From: Terriglobia bacterium
GTDB taxonomy: Bacteria > Acidobacteriota > Terriglobia > JAJPHL01 > JAPKYU01
Length of the DNA: 64,000 nucleotides
NCBI GenBank assembly: GCA_965223005.1
Contig: CBDCVK010000010.1
Location: 640,001 to 704,000 of the forward strand
Reading direction: 5' to 3'
The translations under genes were made by a program, and so were the position numbers. The notes under the pieces were generated by a model that had not been told where the DNA came from, made no database searches, and was given only the letters and a program-made list of their open reading frames with translations. The number at the start of each line of letters is the position of its first letter. Position 1 is the first letter of the stretch. Positions 31,934 through 42,195 of the stretch are shown one piece after another.

Positions 31934-33115
31934 ATGCAACTATCCGAACGTATTTCGCGAATTTCTGTGAGCGCTACGCAGGCCGTGGTAGTGGAGGCCG
32001 AACGGTCCCGGGCGGCGGGCGCCGACCTGGTGGATTTCGGCGCGGGTGAGCCGGATTTCATCACCCCCGACAATATCTGCCAAGCCGCCATCCGCGCCAT
32101 CCAGGAGGGCTTTACCAAGTACACCCCGACCGGCGGAGTCGCCGACCTGAAACGGGCCATCTGCGAATGGCACCACCAGCAGTTCGGCACCGAATACACG
32201 CCGGCCGAAGTGCTGGTCACCGTGGGGGGCAAGCACGCCATCTTCAACGCCATTTCGGTGCTGGTCAATCCCGGCGACGAGGTGGTGCTGCCGGTGCCTT
32301 ACTGGGTCAGCTTCCGCGACATTATCCAGTACGCGGGCGGGCGCGCGGTCCTGGTGCCGACCGATGAAGAAGCCGGCTACCGGCTGCGGCAGGAAGCTGT
32401 CGAGCAGGCCCTGACGGAACGCACGCGCTTGCTGATTATCAACTCCCCCAGCAACCCCAGCGGGGCGGTGATCGGGCCCAAGGAGTTTCGCCAGTTTTAC
32501 GACCTGACCGCCGCGCGCGGCGTCTTGCTGCTTTCCGACGAGTGCTACTCGCACTTTGTCTACGAAGGCCAGCCCTTCTCGGTGGGGGCATTCCCCGGCG
32601 CTCGCGAAAAGGCCATCGTGGTCGGTTCACTCTCGAAGACCTTTGCCATGACGGGCTGGCGGGTGGGCTACGTGCTGGCACGCCCCGAGATCATTCAGGC
32701 TATGTTAAAGCTGCAGAGCCACTGCACCTCCAACACCACTTCCATCGCGCAGAAGGCGGCCATCGAGGCGCTCCGGGGCCCCCAGGATTCGGTGGGCCAG
32801 ATGTGTGCCGAATATCGGCAGCGGCGCGATTTCGTGGTGCAGGGGCTGCGTGACATCCCCGGCATCCGTTGCCCGATGCCGCAGGGGGCCTTCTACGTGT
32901 ACCCGAACGTGGGCGCCTACCTGAAGATTGACGGGGGCACCTCCACCATGGAGCTGACCGGCCGCCTCCTCCGCGAAGCGCAGGTGGCGCTGGTGCCGGG
33001 CGAGGCCTTCGGCACTACGGAACATCTGCGGCTTTCCTACGCCACCTCGATCCGCGAGCTGGAGCGGGGTCTGGAGCGGATGCGCCAGTTCTTCGCCAAG
33101 CTGGGGCCGAGTTGA
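31934..33115 (+). CDS. Class I PLP-dependent (aspartate) aminotransferase
   Basis: GEPDF, NSPSNPSG, SDECY, SLSKTFAMTGWRVG. Confidence 0.93.
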   Translation: MQLSERISRISVSATQAVVVEAERSRAAGADLVDFGAGEPDFITPDNICQAAIRAIQEGFTKYTPTGGVADLKRAICEWHHQQFGTEYTPAEVLVTVGGKHAIFNAISVLVNPGDEVVLPVPYWVSFRDIIQYAGGRAVLVPTDEEAGYRLRQEAVEQALTERTRLLIINSPSNPSGAVIGPKEFRQFYDLTAARGVLLLSDECYSHFVYEGQPFSVGAFPGAREKAIVVGSLSKTFAMTGWRVGYVLARPEIIQAMLKLQSHCTSNTTSIAQKAAIEALRGPQDSVGQMCAEYRQRRDFVVQGLRDIPGIRCPMPQGAFYVYPNVGAYLKIDGGTSTMELTGRLLREAQVALVPGEAFGTTEHLRLSYATSIRELERGLERMRQFFAKLGPS

Positions 33116-33133
33116 GGCCAAGTTGAGGTAGGC

Positions 33134-34030
33134 GTGGACCCCGAGCAGCAGCCCTTCCCCATTGCGCCCTCTTACTACGAAAAAGTCTGGGGGCAGCTCC
33201 GCGATGGGCGGCGCCTGGGCGAGATTTGGTTTCCGGCGCTCCCGCTGCTGCTGAAGTTCCTCTTCACTAGCGACAAGCTTTCCGTGCAGGTGCACCCGGC
33301 TGACGCCTACGCGCGGCAGCACGAGAACAGCGCTGGCAAGACCGAATGCTGGTACGTGATGGAAGTCGAGCCGGGCGCTCGACTGGCCGTGGGGTTCCGC
33401 CGGGACATGGGCCGCGAGGAAATTCGGGAACGGGTGCGCGGGGGAACCATCGAAGAAGAACTGAACTGGCTCGCGGTCGATCCAGGTGACTTCATCTTTG
33501 TGCCGGCGGGCACCGTCCATGCCATCGGGCCGGGCCTGACGCTGTGTGAAGTGCAACAATTCAGTGACATCACCTACCGGATCTACGATTACGGGCGCCC
33601 CCGTGAGCTTCATTTGGAAAAGGCGCTTGAGGTGATGCGGCATCATCCGGCTGCCGGGTGCATTCGGCCCGCCCGGGCGGGCTCGGCTGAGCTCACTCAC
33701 GACTACCTGGTCGGCTGCCGCCACTTTGCTCTGGAGCGCCTCTCGACAGCGCGCACCTATTGCAGCCAAAAGGAAGCAACCCGCGTTGAGGTGCTCATTT
33801 TTCTGGAGGGCGAAGGAAAGATTGCAGCGGGAGATTTTCAGGCACCCTACGGTCGCCAGCAAGCGTGGTGCCTGCCGGAGACCCTGGAGAAATATGCCCT
33901 GGTCCCCAGCCGTCCCACCAACTGGCTGAAGGCTTACGTGCCGGCCAGCGTCGAGGGATTCCGGGCCACACTCGAGCGAGCAGGAGTGCCCGGGGAGCAG
34001 CAGAGGAGGATCGCGATTGAAGACCTCTGA
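33134..34030 (+). CDS. manA: Type I mannose-6-phosphate isomerase
   Basis: LSVQVHP, GKTECWY, VPAGTVHAIG, EVQQFSDITYR. Confidence 0.92.
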   Translation: MDPEQQPFPIAPSYYEKVWGQLRDGRRLGEIWFPALPLLLKFLFTSDKLSVQVHPADAYARQHENSAGKTECWYVMEVEPGARLAVGFRRDMGREEIRERVRGGTIEEELNWLAVDPGDFIFVPAGTVHAIGPGLTLCEVQQFSDITYRIYDYGRPRELHLEKALEVMRHHPAAGCIRPARAGSAELTHDYLVGCRHFALERLSTARTYCSQKEATRVEVLIFLEGEGKIAAGDFQAPYGRQQAWCLPETLEKYALVPSRPTNWLKAYVPASVEGFRATLERAGVPGEQQRRIAIEDL

Positions 34031-34031
34031 C

Positions 34032-34147
34032 AATTTTGGATTTCGGATTTTGGATTGTTTACCCTCACCTGGCTCTGTGGTGGAAGATGGTTTCGGCTCT
34101 CTTCGTGTATGAAAAAATCCGCAAACCAAAATCTGAAATCCGAAATC
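34032..34147. repeat. Inverted pair of heptamer tandem repeats
   Basis: aattttggatttcggattttggatt (34032-34056) is complementary to aaccaaaatctgaaatccgaaatc (34124-34147). Confidence 0.8.
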
Positions 34148-35236
34148 CGCTTGCACGCCGTGATTCTGGCTGGCGGGCGGGGCACCCGATTCTGGCCTCT
34201 CAGCCGCCGGCAACGGGCCAAGCAGGTGCTGCCCGTGTTGGGCCGCGGCAGCCTGATCCAGCAGACACTGGAGCGGCTGCAACCGGTGGTCCCACCCAGG
34301 CGCACCTGGATCCTTACCAACCAGCACCTGCGTGAGCTCATCCTGCGGCAGCTTCCGGCCATCCCGCCGTCGCAGGTGATCGCCGAGCCTGCCCAGCGCA
34401 ATACAGCCCCGGCCATCGGCCTGGCCGCACAATTGATTGCGCGCGTGGCCGGCCGGGAGGCGTTGCTTGGGGTTTTTCCGTCCGATCACGTCGTGGCCCG
34501 CCCGGTGCAGTTTCATAAGGCGCTGCGGGTGGCATCGCGTGCCGCCGCCGCCGGGTCCCTGGTGGTCCTGGGCATCCGCCCACGCTGGCCCGAAACCGGC
34601 TACGGCTACATCCAGTTCGTGGCCCGCCCCTCGATCGGACTCCGGCTCCAGCCTGTCGAGCGTTTCCGCGAGAAGCCGGACCTGGCGACCGCCCGGCGTT
34701 TCTTGCGCAGCGGGCGGCACTTCTGGAACAGCGGAATGTTCCTGTGGTCTGCCGGAACCATCCTGGACGCGTTGGAACAATACCTGCCGCGAACTGCAGC
34801 GGTTCTGGCCGAAATCGCCGGAGATTTCCGGCCGGCAACACTAGCTCGCCTCTACCCAAGGTGCGACAACATTTCGGTGGACTATGCGGTGCTGGAAAAG
34901 GCAGGAGCCAGGCGGCGAGTCGCGGGCCTGTGCTGCGAAATGGGTTGGAATGACGTGGGAAGCTGGAACGCCCTCTATGAGCTGTTGCCGCACGACAAGG
35001 CCGGCAACGCGGTGCGCGGTCAGGCCTGGCTGCTTGACGCCCGGGGCAATTACCTGGACCTGCTGGGAGTACCGGGAAGCAAGGGGCCAAAAAAGATGGT
35101 TGCGGCCATCGGGGTGGAAAACTTGGTGGTAGTAGACTGCCGCGACGCGCTATTGATTGCGCGCCGCGATCGGGCACAGGACGTGGCGAAGGTGGTGGCG
35201 TGGCTGGAAAAGAACAAGCGCGAGAAGTTGCTGTAG
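34109..35236 (+). CDS. manC: Mannose-1-phosphate guanylyltransferase
   Basis: VILAGGRGTRFWPLSR, EP..RNTAPAI, PSDH, ETGYGYI, WNSGMF, ISVDYAVLEK, GWNDVGSW. Confidence 0.93.
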   Translation: MKKSANQNLKSEIRLHAVILAGGRGTRFWPLSRRQRAKQVLPVLGRGSLIQQTLERLQPVVPPRRTWILTNQHLRELILRQLPAIPPSQVIAEPAQRNTAPAIGLAAQLIARVAGREALLGVFPSDHVVARPVQFHKALRVASRAAAAGSLVVLGIRPRWPETGYGYIQFVARPSIGLRLQPVERFREKPDLATARRFLRSGRHFWNSGMFLWSAGTILDALEQYLPRTAAVLAEIAGDFRPATLARLYPRCDNISVDYAVLEKAGARRRVAGLCCEMGWNDVGSWNALYELLPHDKAGNAVRGQAWLLDARGNYLDLLGVPGSKGPKKMVAAIGVENLVVVDCRDALLIARRDRAQDVAKVVAWLEKNKREKLL

Positions 35237-36621
35237 CCGGGATCAAGTTCGGCACCGACGGGTGGCGCGGCGTCATCGCCGACGACTTCACCACCGACAA
35301 CGTGCGCCGGGTGGCGCGCGCGGTCGCCTCCTACATTCAGCGTTACGAGCAACCGGAGCGCGGAGTCGCCATCGGCTACGACTTGCGCTTTGGCTCGGAG
35401 CGCTTCGCGCAGGCGGCTGCCGAGGAGCTGGCCCGTGCCGGCCTGCGCGTCTGGCTGGCGGCCGACCACACCCCGACACCGGTCGTCTCCTACGCCGTGC
35501 GCCACTGGCAGACGGCCGGCGCGGTGATGATTACCGCCAGCCACAACCCCTGGCAGTGGAACGGCATCAAATTCAAAGCGAGTTACGGAGGTTCGGCTTC
35601 GCCGGAGATTGTTCGCAAGATTGAAGCCGCGATCGACGTCCCGGTGCCGCAACAGCCCGGCGGAGATATCCGCCACGCGGATTTCCGCGCGCCCTACCTG
35701 GAACACGTGGCACGACTAGCCAACCTGAAGAAGATCGCCAGCGCCGGTCTGAAGCTGGCGGTGGATCCCATGTATGGCGCCTCCCGCGGCTACCTACCGG
35801 CGCTGTTCGAGCAGCACGGCATTCCTAACCGGGAAGTGCATGGCGTGCGGAACCCGCTTTTCCCCGGCCTGAATCCGGAACCCATTGAGCCGCACGTCGA
35901 GGGACTGCGGCGTGCCGTCGTGGAAGACGGCCTCGACGCCGGCTTTGCTCTGGACGGCGATGCCGACCGGGTGGGGGCGATTGACCGGACCGGGGAGATG
36001 GTGGATTCCCACCGCATCTTCAGCTTGCTGCTCGAATACCTGCTGGAGCAGCGCGGGTTGCGCGGCGAAGTGGCCAAGACCTTTTCCACCACCAAGATGG
36101 TAGACCGCATCGCGGTGCGCCACGGCTTGAAGCTGCACGAGACCCCCATCGGCTTCAAGCACATCTGCGACCTCATGCTGGAGCGCGACATTCTGATCGG
36201 CGGGGAGGAGAGCGGGGGCATCGGTGTCAAGGGACACCTGCCAGAGCGCGACGGCATCTTGGTCTCCCTCCTGCTGGCCGAGCTGATGGCCGACCGCGGC
36301 AAAACCCTGGGCGAGCTGGTGGGCGAACTGCACCGCCGCTACGGGCCGCAGGTTTACAACCGGCTGGATCTGCACTTGTCGCCGGGGCAGAAAGAGCGAG
36401 CAGTGGCGGCTCTGGCAAAGGCCCCCGCGAACATTGCGGGTTTCCCTGTGACGGGGACCGAAACGCTGGATGGCATCAAGTTCCTGCTCGAACCCAACGC
36501 CTGGGTGCTGGTGCGCGTCTCCGGCACCGAGCCGCTGCTGCGGCTCTACGCCGAAGCGCCTTCCGCCGACGCAGTGGCAGCCATCCTGAGCCACATGGAG
36601 GAACTGGTCCGGAATGCCTGA
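35200..36621 (+). CDS. Phosphoglucomutase/phosphomannomutase
   Basis: FGTDGWRG, ITASHNP, DGDADR, GGEESGG, RVSGTEP; start uncertain. Confidence 0.93.
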   Translation: MAGKEQAREVAVAGIKFGTDGWRGVIADDFTTDNVRRVARAVASYIQRYEQPERGVAIGYDLRFGSERFAQAAAEELARAGLRVWLAADHTPTPVVSYAVRHWQTAGAVMITASHNPWQWNGIKFKASYGGSASPEIVRKIEAAIDVPVPQQPGGDIRHADFRAPYLEHVARLANLKKIASAGLKLAVDPMYGASRGYLPALFEQHGIPNREVHGVRNPLFPGLNPEPIEPHVEGLRRAVVEDGLDAGFALDGDADRVGAIDRTGEMVDSHRIFSLLLEYLLEQRGLRGEVAKTFSTTKMVDRIAVRHGLKLHETPIGFKHICDLMLERDILIGGEESGGIGVKGHLPERDGILVSLLLAELMADRGKTLGELVGELHRRYGPQVYNRLDLHLSPGQKERAVAALAKAPANIAGFPVTGTETLDGIKFLLEPNAWVLVRVSGTEPLLRLYAEAPSADAVAAILSHMEELVRNA

Positions 36622-37741
36622 GGAGGAGGCGCGCGCCCACCGCTACCAGCGCGCGCGGCGCTACCTCGGGCTGGCCGATTTCCTGCTCGGCTTGGCTTGG
36701 CTGGCAGCGCTGCTGTTACTGGGCTGGTCAGCTGTCCTTTGCGACTTCGCCTGGGCAATGGCCCGCAACTTCGGCGTCGCCCTGCTGTATTACACCGCGC
36801 TGCTGGCGCTGCTGGGCAAAGCGCTGGGACTGCCGCTGGACTATTACTCAGGATACGTACTGGAACACCGCTACGGGCTTTCCAACATGACCCGCGCGGC
36901 CTGGGTGAAAGATCAAGCCAAAGGCTTCGCGCTGGGCGTCACACTGGCGCTCGTGGCCACGCAGGTCCTCTACCGCCTGCTTCGCTCCTTCCCTGAACAC
37001 TGGTGGCTGATTGCCTGGGCCGTCTTCCTGCTGTTCGTGGTGGCCCTGACAAATCTGGCCCCGGTGTTGCTATTCCCGCTGTTTTACAAGTTCCACCCGC
37101 TCCAGGACAAGGAAATCAACCAGCGGCTACTCGGGCTCTGCGACCGCGCCGGAACTCGCGTCCGCGGCATCTTCGAGTGGAAGCTGAGCGCGAAGAGCCG
37201 CAAGGCCAACGCCGCGCTCGCCGGCTGGGGCAACACGCGCCGCATCCTGCTAGCCGATACTCTGCTGGAAAACTACTCGCCGGAGGAGATTGAGTCCATC
37301 CTGGCGCATGAGCTGGCGCATCACGTCCATCATCACATCGGCAAGTCATTGGCGCTCCAGGCGGCGACCAGCTTCGCTGGATTCTGGCTGGCCGACGTGG
37401 CTTTGCGCGCCTTCTCGCCCCGGTTCGGCTTCCTCGGACTGGACGATTTCGCCAACTTGCCGTTGCTGGCGCTGGTCGGCGCCGCTCTTTCGCTTGTGCT
37501 GCTCCCGGTGGTGAACGGCGTCTCCCGGTATTTTGAGCGGCAGGCCGACGATTACGCCCTGCGCGCCATCTCCAGCGTTGATCCGTTTATCTCCAGCATG
37601 GAGAAATTAGCGGTCCAGAACTTGAGCGAGCGCCGCCCCCATCCGCTGCTGGAGTTCCTCTTCCACGGCCACCATTCAGTGGAGAAACGCATCCGCCGCG
37701 CCCAGGCCTATTCTCAAACTCCCCTGGTTTCGCCCGGCTAG
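36614..37741 (+). CDS. M48 (Ste24-like) membrane zinc protease
   Basis: Multiple TMs, KANAAL.G.G.TRRI, LAHELAH, FERQAD. Confidence 0.92.
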   Translation: MPEEEARAHRYQRARRYLGLADFLLGLAWLAALLLLGWSAVLCDFAWAMARNFGVALLYYTALLALLGKALGLPLDYYSGYVLEHRYGLSNMTRAAWVKDQAKGFALGVTLALVATQVLYRLLRSFPEHWWLIAWAVFLLFVVALTNLAPVLLFPLFYKFHPLQDKEINQRLLGLCDRAGTRVRGIFEWKLSAKSRKANAALAGWGNTRRILLADTLLENYSPEEIESILAHELAHHVHHHIGKSLALQAATSFAGFWLADVALRAFSPRFGFLGLDDFANLPLLALVGAALSLVLLPVVNGVSRYFERQADDYALRAISSVDPFISSMEKLAVQNLSERRPHPLLEFLFHGHHSVEKRIRRAQAYSQTPLVSPG

Positions 37742-37840
37742 TGTCGTGTAGCGTTGGAGCTTGCTGCGGAACAGCGGTGCCACCTGGTGGTAGGACAGAA
37801 TTAGCCGGCCGCGACCAGGAAAACCCGCTCCGGCCGGCAT

Positions 37841-38527
37841 TCAAAGTTCTGGCGGACGTTCTGGAGGTTTGGGTTCTTTGTCTGCTCCTGGAAGCGTGGG
37901 TTCCTCATCGGAATCTGCCGTCAGTTCCATGTCAAGTTTCACGCCGCTATAGCTGAGGACCTGGCCGCACCGGCAGCGGTATTTGCCTTCCCGGGCATTG
38001 ACCGGGAGATTCAGTAGCGAATGACAGGCGCCGCAGCGCAGTAATGGATGGAAGCTGCGGTCCCGGGCGTCGAGCATGGTCAGGCCATGGCAGGACGGGC
38101 AGGAGAACGTAATACCTGTCCCCGAACGAGCGGGCTCCCCCTCGCAAGGCACGGGGAATGCGCAATGGCGGCAGTTTACGTGGGAGTTTCGCAAGTCGAC
38201 ATCCGCGCCAGTCCCCTTCAGGGAAGAGCAGATCGCAAAGGAGGTCTCGTCACCCACGTAGCGGGCCAGGACAGCAGGCGTCTGGACCAAGGCACGTTGG
38301 GCCGCTTCAACCGAAGGAAACACTTTCAGCTCCACCAACTGACCAGCGAAACGGTCTGGATTCACCCCTGCAAGCGAATGCAGTACGATATCCTTCAGAG
38401 TTATCATGCGGCGATCCGTCTCGTCGCGCCGATCCCTCCTCCCCCTGCGCCGTTCGATCAATACGGGTATGTATCGCCGGCGACGGTCTCGGCCGCTGCG
38501 TCGATAGGATTTCCGCTCTTTCGTCAC
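37841..38527 (-). CDS. Hypothetical protein with Arg-rich head, L7/L12-CTD-like segment and Zn ribbons
   Basis: DRR/ERR repeats; CRHC, CPSC, CGAC, CRC; purine-rich RBS before GTG. Confidence 0.7.
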   Translation of the reverse strand: MTKERKSYRRSGRDRRRRYIPVLIERRRGRRDRRDETDRRMITLKDIVLHSLAGVNPDRFAGQLVELKVFPSVEAAQRALVQTPAVLARYVGDETSFAICSSLKGTGADVDLRNSHVNCRHCAFPVPCEGEPARSGTGITFSCPSCHGLTMLDARDRSFHPLLRCGACHSLLNLPVNAREGKYRCRCGQVLSYSGVKLDMELTADSDEEPTLPGADKEPKPPERPPEL

Positions 38528-38638
38528 CAGATCCCTTTCCCTTTCGCACGGGGCCAGTAACCCATTGTGTGAACAGTATATTTGCAGACCGGGAGTTGGG
38601 CAACCCGAGCCGTCGTATTGTTACAACCAAGTCATTTG

Positions 38639-39190
38639 TTATGAACTCGAAGCGTATCGCTGCCCCCGGCGGCTCATCCAGATGAGCCAGACAACGGTGG
38701 CAAGCATTCCGAGCCAGCCGAGACGGCGAGTCAGGCCGCCGATCGTGCGGTCGTGCCCTAGCACACCCCAATGGCTGAACAAGAATTCCCAATCGTGCTC
38801 ACCCGTACCCACCAGCGGGATCACCTGGGTGCGCGCGTCGGCCATGTAGGTGCCGATGTACAGGAAGTTCTCGAAGAACCAGAAGGCGGCGAAGGCCAAC
38901 GCCGCGGTCTGGCGATGCCAGAAGAAATAGATCGCAATCAGCAGCGGGACCAGCAACTCACCGAGCGTCCCGCCCAGGATGCCGATCGTGTACCCAAACC
39001 AACCAAAAAGGAAATGGCCGCCCTCGTGGATGATCAGGTTGACGTTGTCGATCAGCAGGAAGCCGTCCCGATCGGTGGCTGCGTGCAGCAGGAACAACGC
39101 GTAGAAGGCCACCCAGCCCACCAACGCCGCGCGCGAGACGGACTGCCAATCCCCTTCCGGCCGCTCCCAGGGAAGCTCCACAGCCGGCAT
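38639..39190 (-). CDS. Membrane protein with HExxH motif (M50B-like metalloprotease candidate)
   Basis: NLIIHEGGHFLF within TM helices, distal HDW. Confidence 0.7.
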   Translation of the reverse strand: MPAVELPWERPEGDWQSVSRAALVGWVAFYALFLLHAATDRDGFLLIDNVNLIIHEGGHFLFGWFGYTIGILGGTLGELLVPLLIAIYFFWHRQTAALAFAAFWFFENFLYIGTYMADARTQVIPLVGTGEHDWEFLFSHWGVLGHDRTIGGLTRRLGWLGMLATVVWLIWMSRRGQRYASSS

Positions 39191-39290
39191 TCTAGCACCG
39201 GGCCAGCCCTGCGTCGTATGAGCCCGCAGCGGGGTCCACGAACTCTTTCAGGATGCTAGCGGAACGCGCGGAGGTTCCCAGGCCGGCGGC

Positions 39291-39635
39291 TCACCCGGAG
39301 TAGTCCTCGCAATAGGGATCTTCGCGGTGGTGGTAGTCCTGCTCAGCCTCGGTGTCTTCAAAGACCTCGGTGGTTTCAAAGAAAAGCTCCTTGCTGCCCA
39401 GGATGGCCTCGACGTATTTGTACATCTCCGGTGTCCGCAGCGATTCGTCGCTCAGGTAGATCAAGCGCCGCTCCACCGCCCGGCTGGCCTCCTCGCGCTG
39501 CTCGGGAGTCCACTCGGCGGGCATCTGCTTCAGGGCATACTCGCGCAGTTCGGCGACACGCCGTTCGCGCCAGCGGAGCGGCCCTTCGGCTACCTCTCGG
39601 AAGCGTTCGAAAAATTGCCGCCGCGACAGGCTCAT
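39291..39635 (-). CDS. Hypothetical protein
   Basis: Host-like codon usage; MSLSRRQFFERF start; acidic tail. Confidence 0.65.
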   Translation of the reverse strand: MSLSRRQFFERFREVAEGPLRWRERRVAELREYALKQMPAEWTPEQREEASRAVERRLIYLSDESLRTPEMYKYVEAILGSKELFFETTEVFEDTEAEQDYHHREDPYCEDYSG

Positions 39636-39877
39636 CTTCCGCTTGGCTCCAATTCTCCCTTATGCCTGATTGGGGGCATGCAGCGGGGCCGTCCCGATAA
39701 GATTTTTTCTTGGTCTTCAGGACAGAGTCAAGGGAAAGGCGCCAGGGCATCGCCAAGGGGAGTCGCGGCCAAGTCCCAAATCGCACATCCAAGCGCAGAA
39801 CACCTGGTTTCTGGGTCGCTGACCCAGGTGGTGCGAGCAGCCAGACAGGTTAGGTACAATGTAGCCTAGGCATTCTC

Positions 39878-41410
39878 ATGCACCAGAGCATCGTCATTCT
39901 GGATTTTGGGTCGCAGTATACCCAGTTGATCGCGCGGCGGATTCGCGAGCAAAACGTCTTCAGCCTCATCCTGCCCTTCCACACCCCAATCGAAAAGCTG
40001 CGGCAAATGAATCCCCGCGGCATCATTCTGTCAGGTGGACCCAGTTCCGTTTTTGACGAGGGGGCACCGCGCTGCTCACCGCAAATCCTTGAGCTGGGGG
40101 TACCGGTGCTGGGCATCTGCTACGGGTTACAGTTGCTGGCCCACCAGTTGGGCGGACGGGTGCGACCCGCCGAGCGCCGCGAGTACGGCCGCGCCCAGCT
40201 CGAGGTGCTGGACGGCTCCGCCCTGCTGACCCATGTGCCTCCCACACTTATGGTCTGGAACAGCCACGGTGATGAGGTGGAAGCGCTGCCGCAGGGCTTC
40301 CGCGCCACCGGACGCACAGCGAATGCCGTGGCCGCCATTGAGGACCAGCAGCGGCGCCTCTACGCAGTTCAATTCCATCCGGAAGTCCACCACACGCCTG
40401 AGGGACCCCAGATCCTCCGCAACTTCGTCGTGGACATCTGCGGCGCCCGCCCGGATTGGACTCCGGCCTCGTTTATTGAGGAAACGATTGCTCGGGTGCG
40501 CAAACAGGTTGGGGCAAGCCATGCAGTTTGCGCCCTGAGTGGAGGAGTGGATTCGACGGTGGCGGCCACGCTGGTCCACCGGGCGATTGGAGCGAGGCTG
40601 ACCTGCGTCTTCGTCGACAACGGGCTGCTGCGCAAAGACGAGTTCCCCACCGTACTGGCGCTGTTGCGGGAAGAGCTGGGGCTCAACGTGATCGGCGTAG
40701 ACGCCGAGCGCCGCTTCCTGGAACGGCTGGCCGGCGTCACCGATCCCGAGCAGAAACGCCGCATCATCGGGGAGGAGTTCATTCGCGTCTTCGAAGTGGA
40801 GGCCGGCAAGCTGGGCCCGGTGGAATACCTGGTTCAGGGAACGCTCTATCCCGATGTGATTGAATCGGTGTCAGTTAAGGGTCCATCGGCCACGATCAAG
40901 ACGCACCACAATGTCGGCGGACTGCCGCAAGAAATGAAGCTGCAATTAATTGAACCCCTGCGCGATCTATTTAAGGACGAAGTACGTCGTGTGGGCCGAG
41001 ACCTCGGCCTGCCGGAATGGGTCCTGCGGCGGCAACCCTTTCCCGGACCAGGCTTGGCCGTGCGCATCGTCGGGGAAGTGACGCCGGAGCGGCTGGCAAT
41101 CCTGAGGGAAGCCGACGCCGTGCTGCTCGAGGAGATTCGCCGGGAAGGCCTCTATGATAAGGTCTGGCAATCGTTTGCGGTGCTTTTACCGGTGCGGAGC
41201 GTTGGAGTGATGGGCGACCAGCGGACCTACGCTTACACTATCGCCCTGCGCTGCGTACAGTCCGAGGACGGCATGACCGCCGACTGGGTACCCCTCTCCC
41301 CCGCCCTCCTCGGCCGCCTATCCAACCGCATCGTCAACGAGGTTTCCGGGGTTAATAGAGTTGTATACGACATCAGCTCGAAACCTCCCAGCACCATCGA
41401 GTGGGAGTAG
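39878..41410 (+). CDS. guaA: GMP synthase (glutamine-hydrolysing)
   Basis: [49 protein letters not shown]. Confidence 0.98.
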   Translation: MHQSIVILDFGSQYTQLIARRIREQNVFSLILPFHTPIEKLRQMNPRGIILSGGPSSVFDEGAPRCSPQILELGVPVLGICYGLQLLAHQLGGRVRPAERREYGRAQLEVLDGSALLTHVPPTLMVWNSHGDEVEALPQGFRATGRTANAVAAIEDQQRRLYAVQFHPEVHHTPEGPQILRNFVVDICGARPDWTPASFIEETIARVRKQVGASHAVCALSGGVDSTVAATLVHRAIGARLTCVFVDNGLLRKDEFPTVLALLREELGLNVIGVDAERRFLERLAGVTDPEQKRRIIGEEFIRVFEVEAGKLGPVEYLVQGTLYPDVIESVSVKGPSATIKTHHNVGGLPQEMKLQLIEPLRDLFKDEVRRVGRDLGLPEWVLRRQPFPGPGLAVRIVGEVTPERLAILREADAVLLEEIRREGLYDKVWQSFAVLLPVRSVGVMGDQRTYAYTIALRCVQSEDGMTADWVPLSPALLGRLSNRIVNEVSGVNRVVYDISSKPPSTIEWE

Positions 41411-41478
41411 GCCCCGGGGGGCGGTGCCGGGAGCCGGGCTGCTTACTGTTGTATCGAACTGAGGGGGGCTAATTTCAA

Positions 41479-41504
41479 GTAACGCCGCGCGGTCGCCTTA
41501 CGTC
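41479..41504 (+). promoter_or_regulatory. Candidate ECF autoregulatory promoter
   Basis: GTAAC-17 nt-CGTC ending 11 nt upstream of the ECF sigma ATG; fits the general ECF AAC/CGT pattern. Confidence 0.6.
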
Positions 41505-41515
41505 CGTGTAGGTGT

Positions 41516-42160
41516 ATGGAATGGGTGATGGAACAGGGGCTTAGCGTAGCCACCCAGCCTGCGGTCCAGCCGGAAGTAGCGGTCATCCGCCGGGCCCAAA
41601 AAGGCGATCAGGAAGCCTTCCGCGAGATCGTGGAACGCTACCAGGCCAAGGTGTTCTCCATCATCCGCGGCGTTGTACGTAACCGGAATGATGCGGAAGA
41701 TATTGCCCAGCAAGTATTTACCAAGATATATTTCTCCCTGCCCAAGTCTGATTTTCGCTCCGCGCTAGTCACCTGGATCTACAAGATCACGGTGAACGAG
41801 TGCTATGACTACTTGCGGAAGCAAAAGGTACGGCCTCTGACCTTCGAAGCCGACTTGAACGAGAATGACCTGCGCCGCATTGATAATATGGAGGACCGCG
41901 GCCGAAATCGGGCGAAAGACCTGGATCGCCGCGCCGAACTTCGAGAATACGTGACGAAACTCCTTGACAAGCTCTCCGAGGAGGAGCGGTACTTGTTGTT
42001 TATGAAAGAAATGGAGGGGTATGCGGTCGAGGAGCTGGCCCGCATGGTCTCGATGAACGAGAATACTGTTAAAGTGAAGCTGTTTCGGGCCCGGCAAAAA
42101 TTGGTGAAAGCCGCCAAGAAATCCGGAATGCTGCGTGGCGGCCGACCTCCAGTTTTCTAA
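41516..42160 (+). CDS. ECF RNA polymerase sigma factor
   Basis: GDQEAFREIVERY, DAEDIAQQVF, TWIYKITVNECYDYLRK, NTVKVKLFRAR. Confidence 0.95.
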   Translation: MEWVMEQGLSVATQPAVQPEVAVIRRAQKGDQEAFREIVERYQAKVFSIIRGVVRNRNDAEDIAQQVFTKIYFSLPKSDFRSALVTWIYKITVNECYDYLRKQKVRPLTFEADLNENDLRRIDNMEDRGRNRAKDLDRRAELREYVTKLLDKLSEEERYLLFMKEMEGYAVEELARMVSMNENTVKVKLFRARQKLVKAAKKSGMLRGGRPPVF

Positions 42161-42195
42161 ATGGCCTGTGGTTTTCTAAAGGGGAAGAAAAGGCA

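Noticed and set aside
32705-34780. 691-aa minus-strand ORF and other long antisense ORFs (e.g. 12560-13720, 15298-16362, 59099-60121)
   Set aside because: Antisense shadows of well-supported genes, expected in high-GC DNA; no recognisable motifs.
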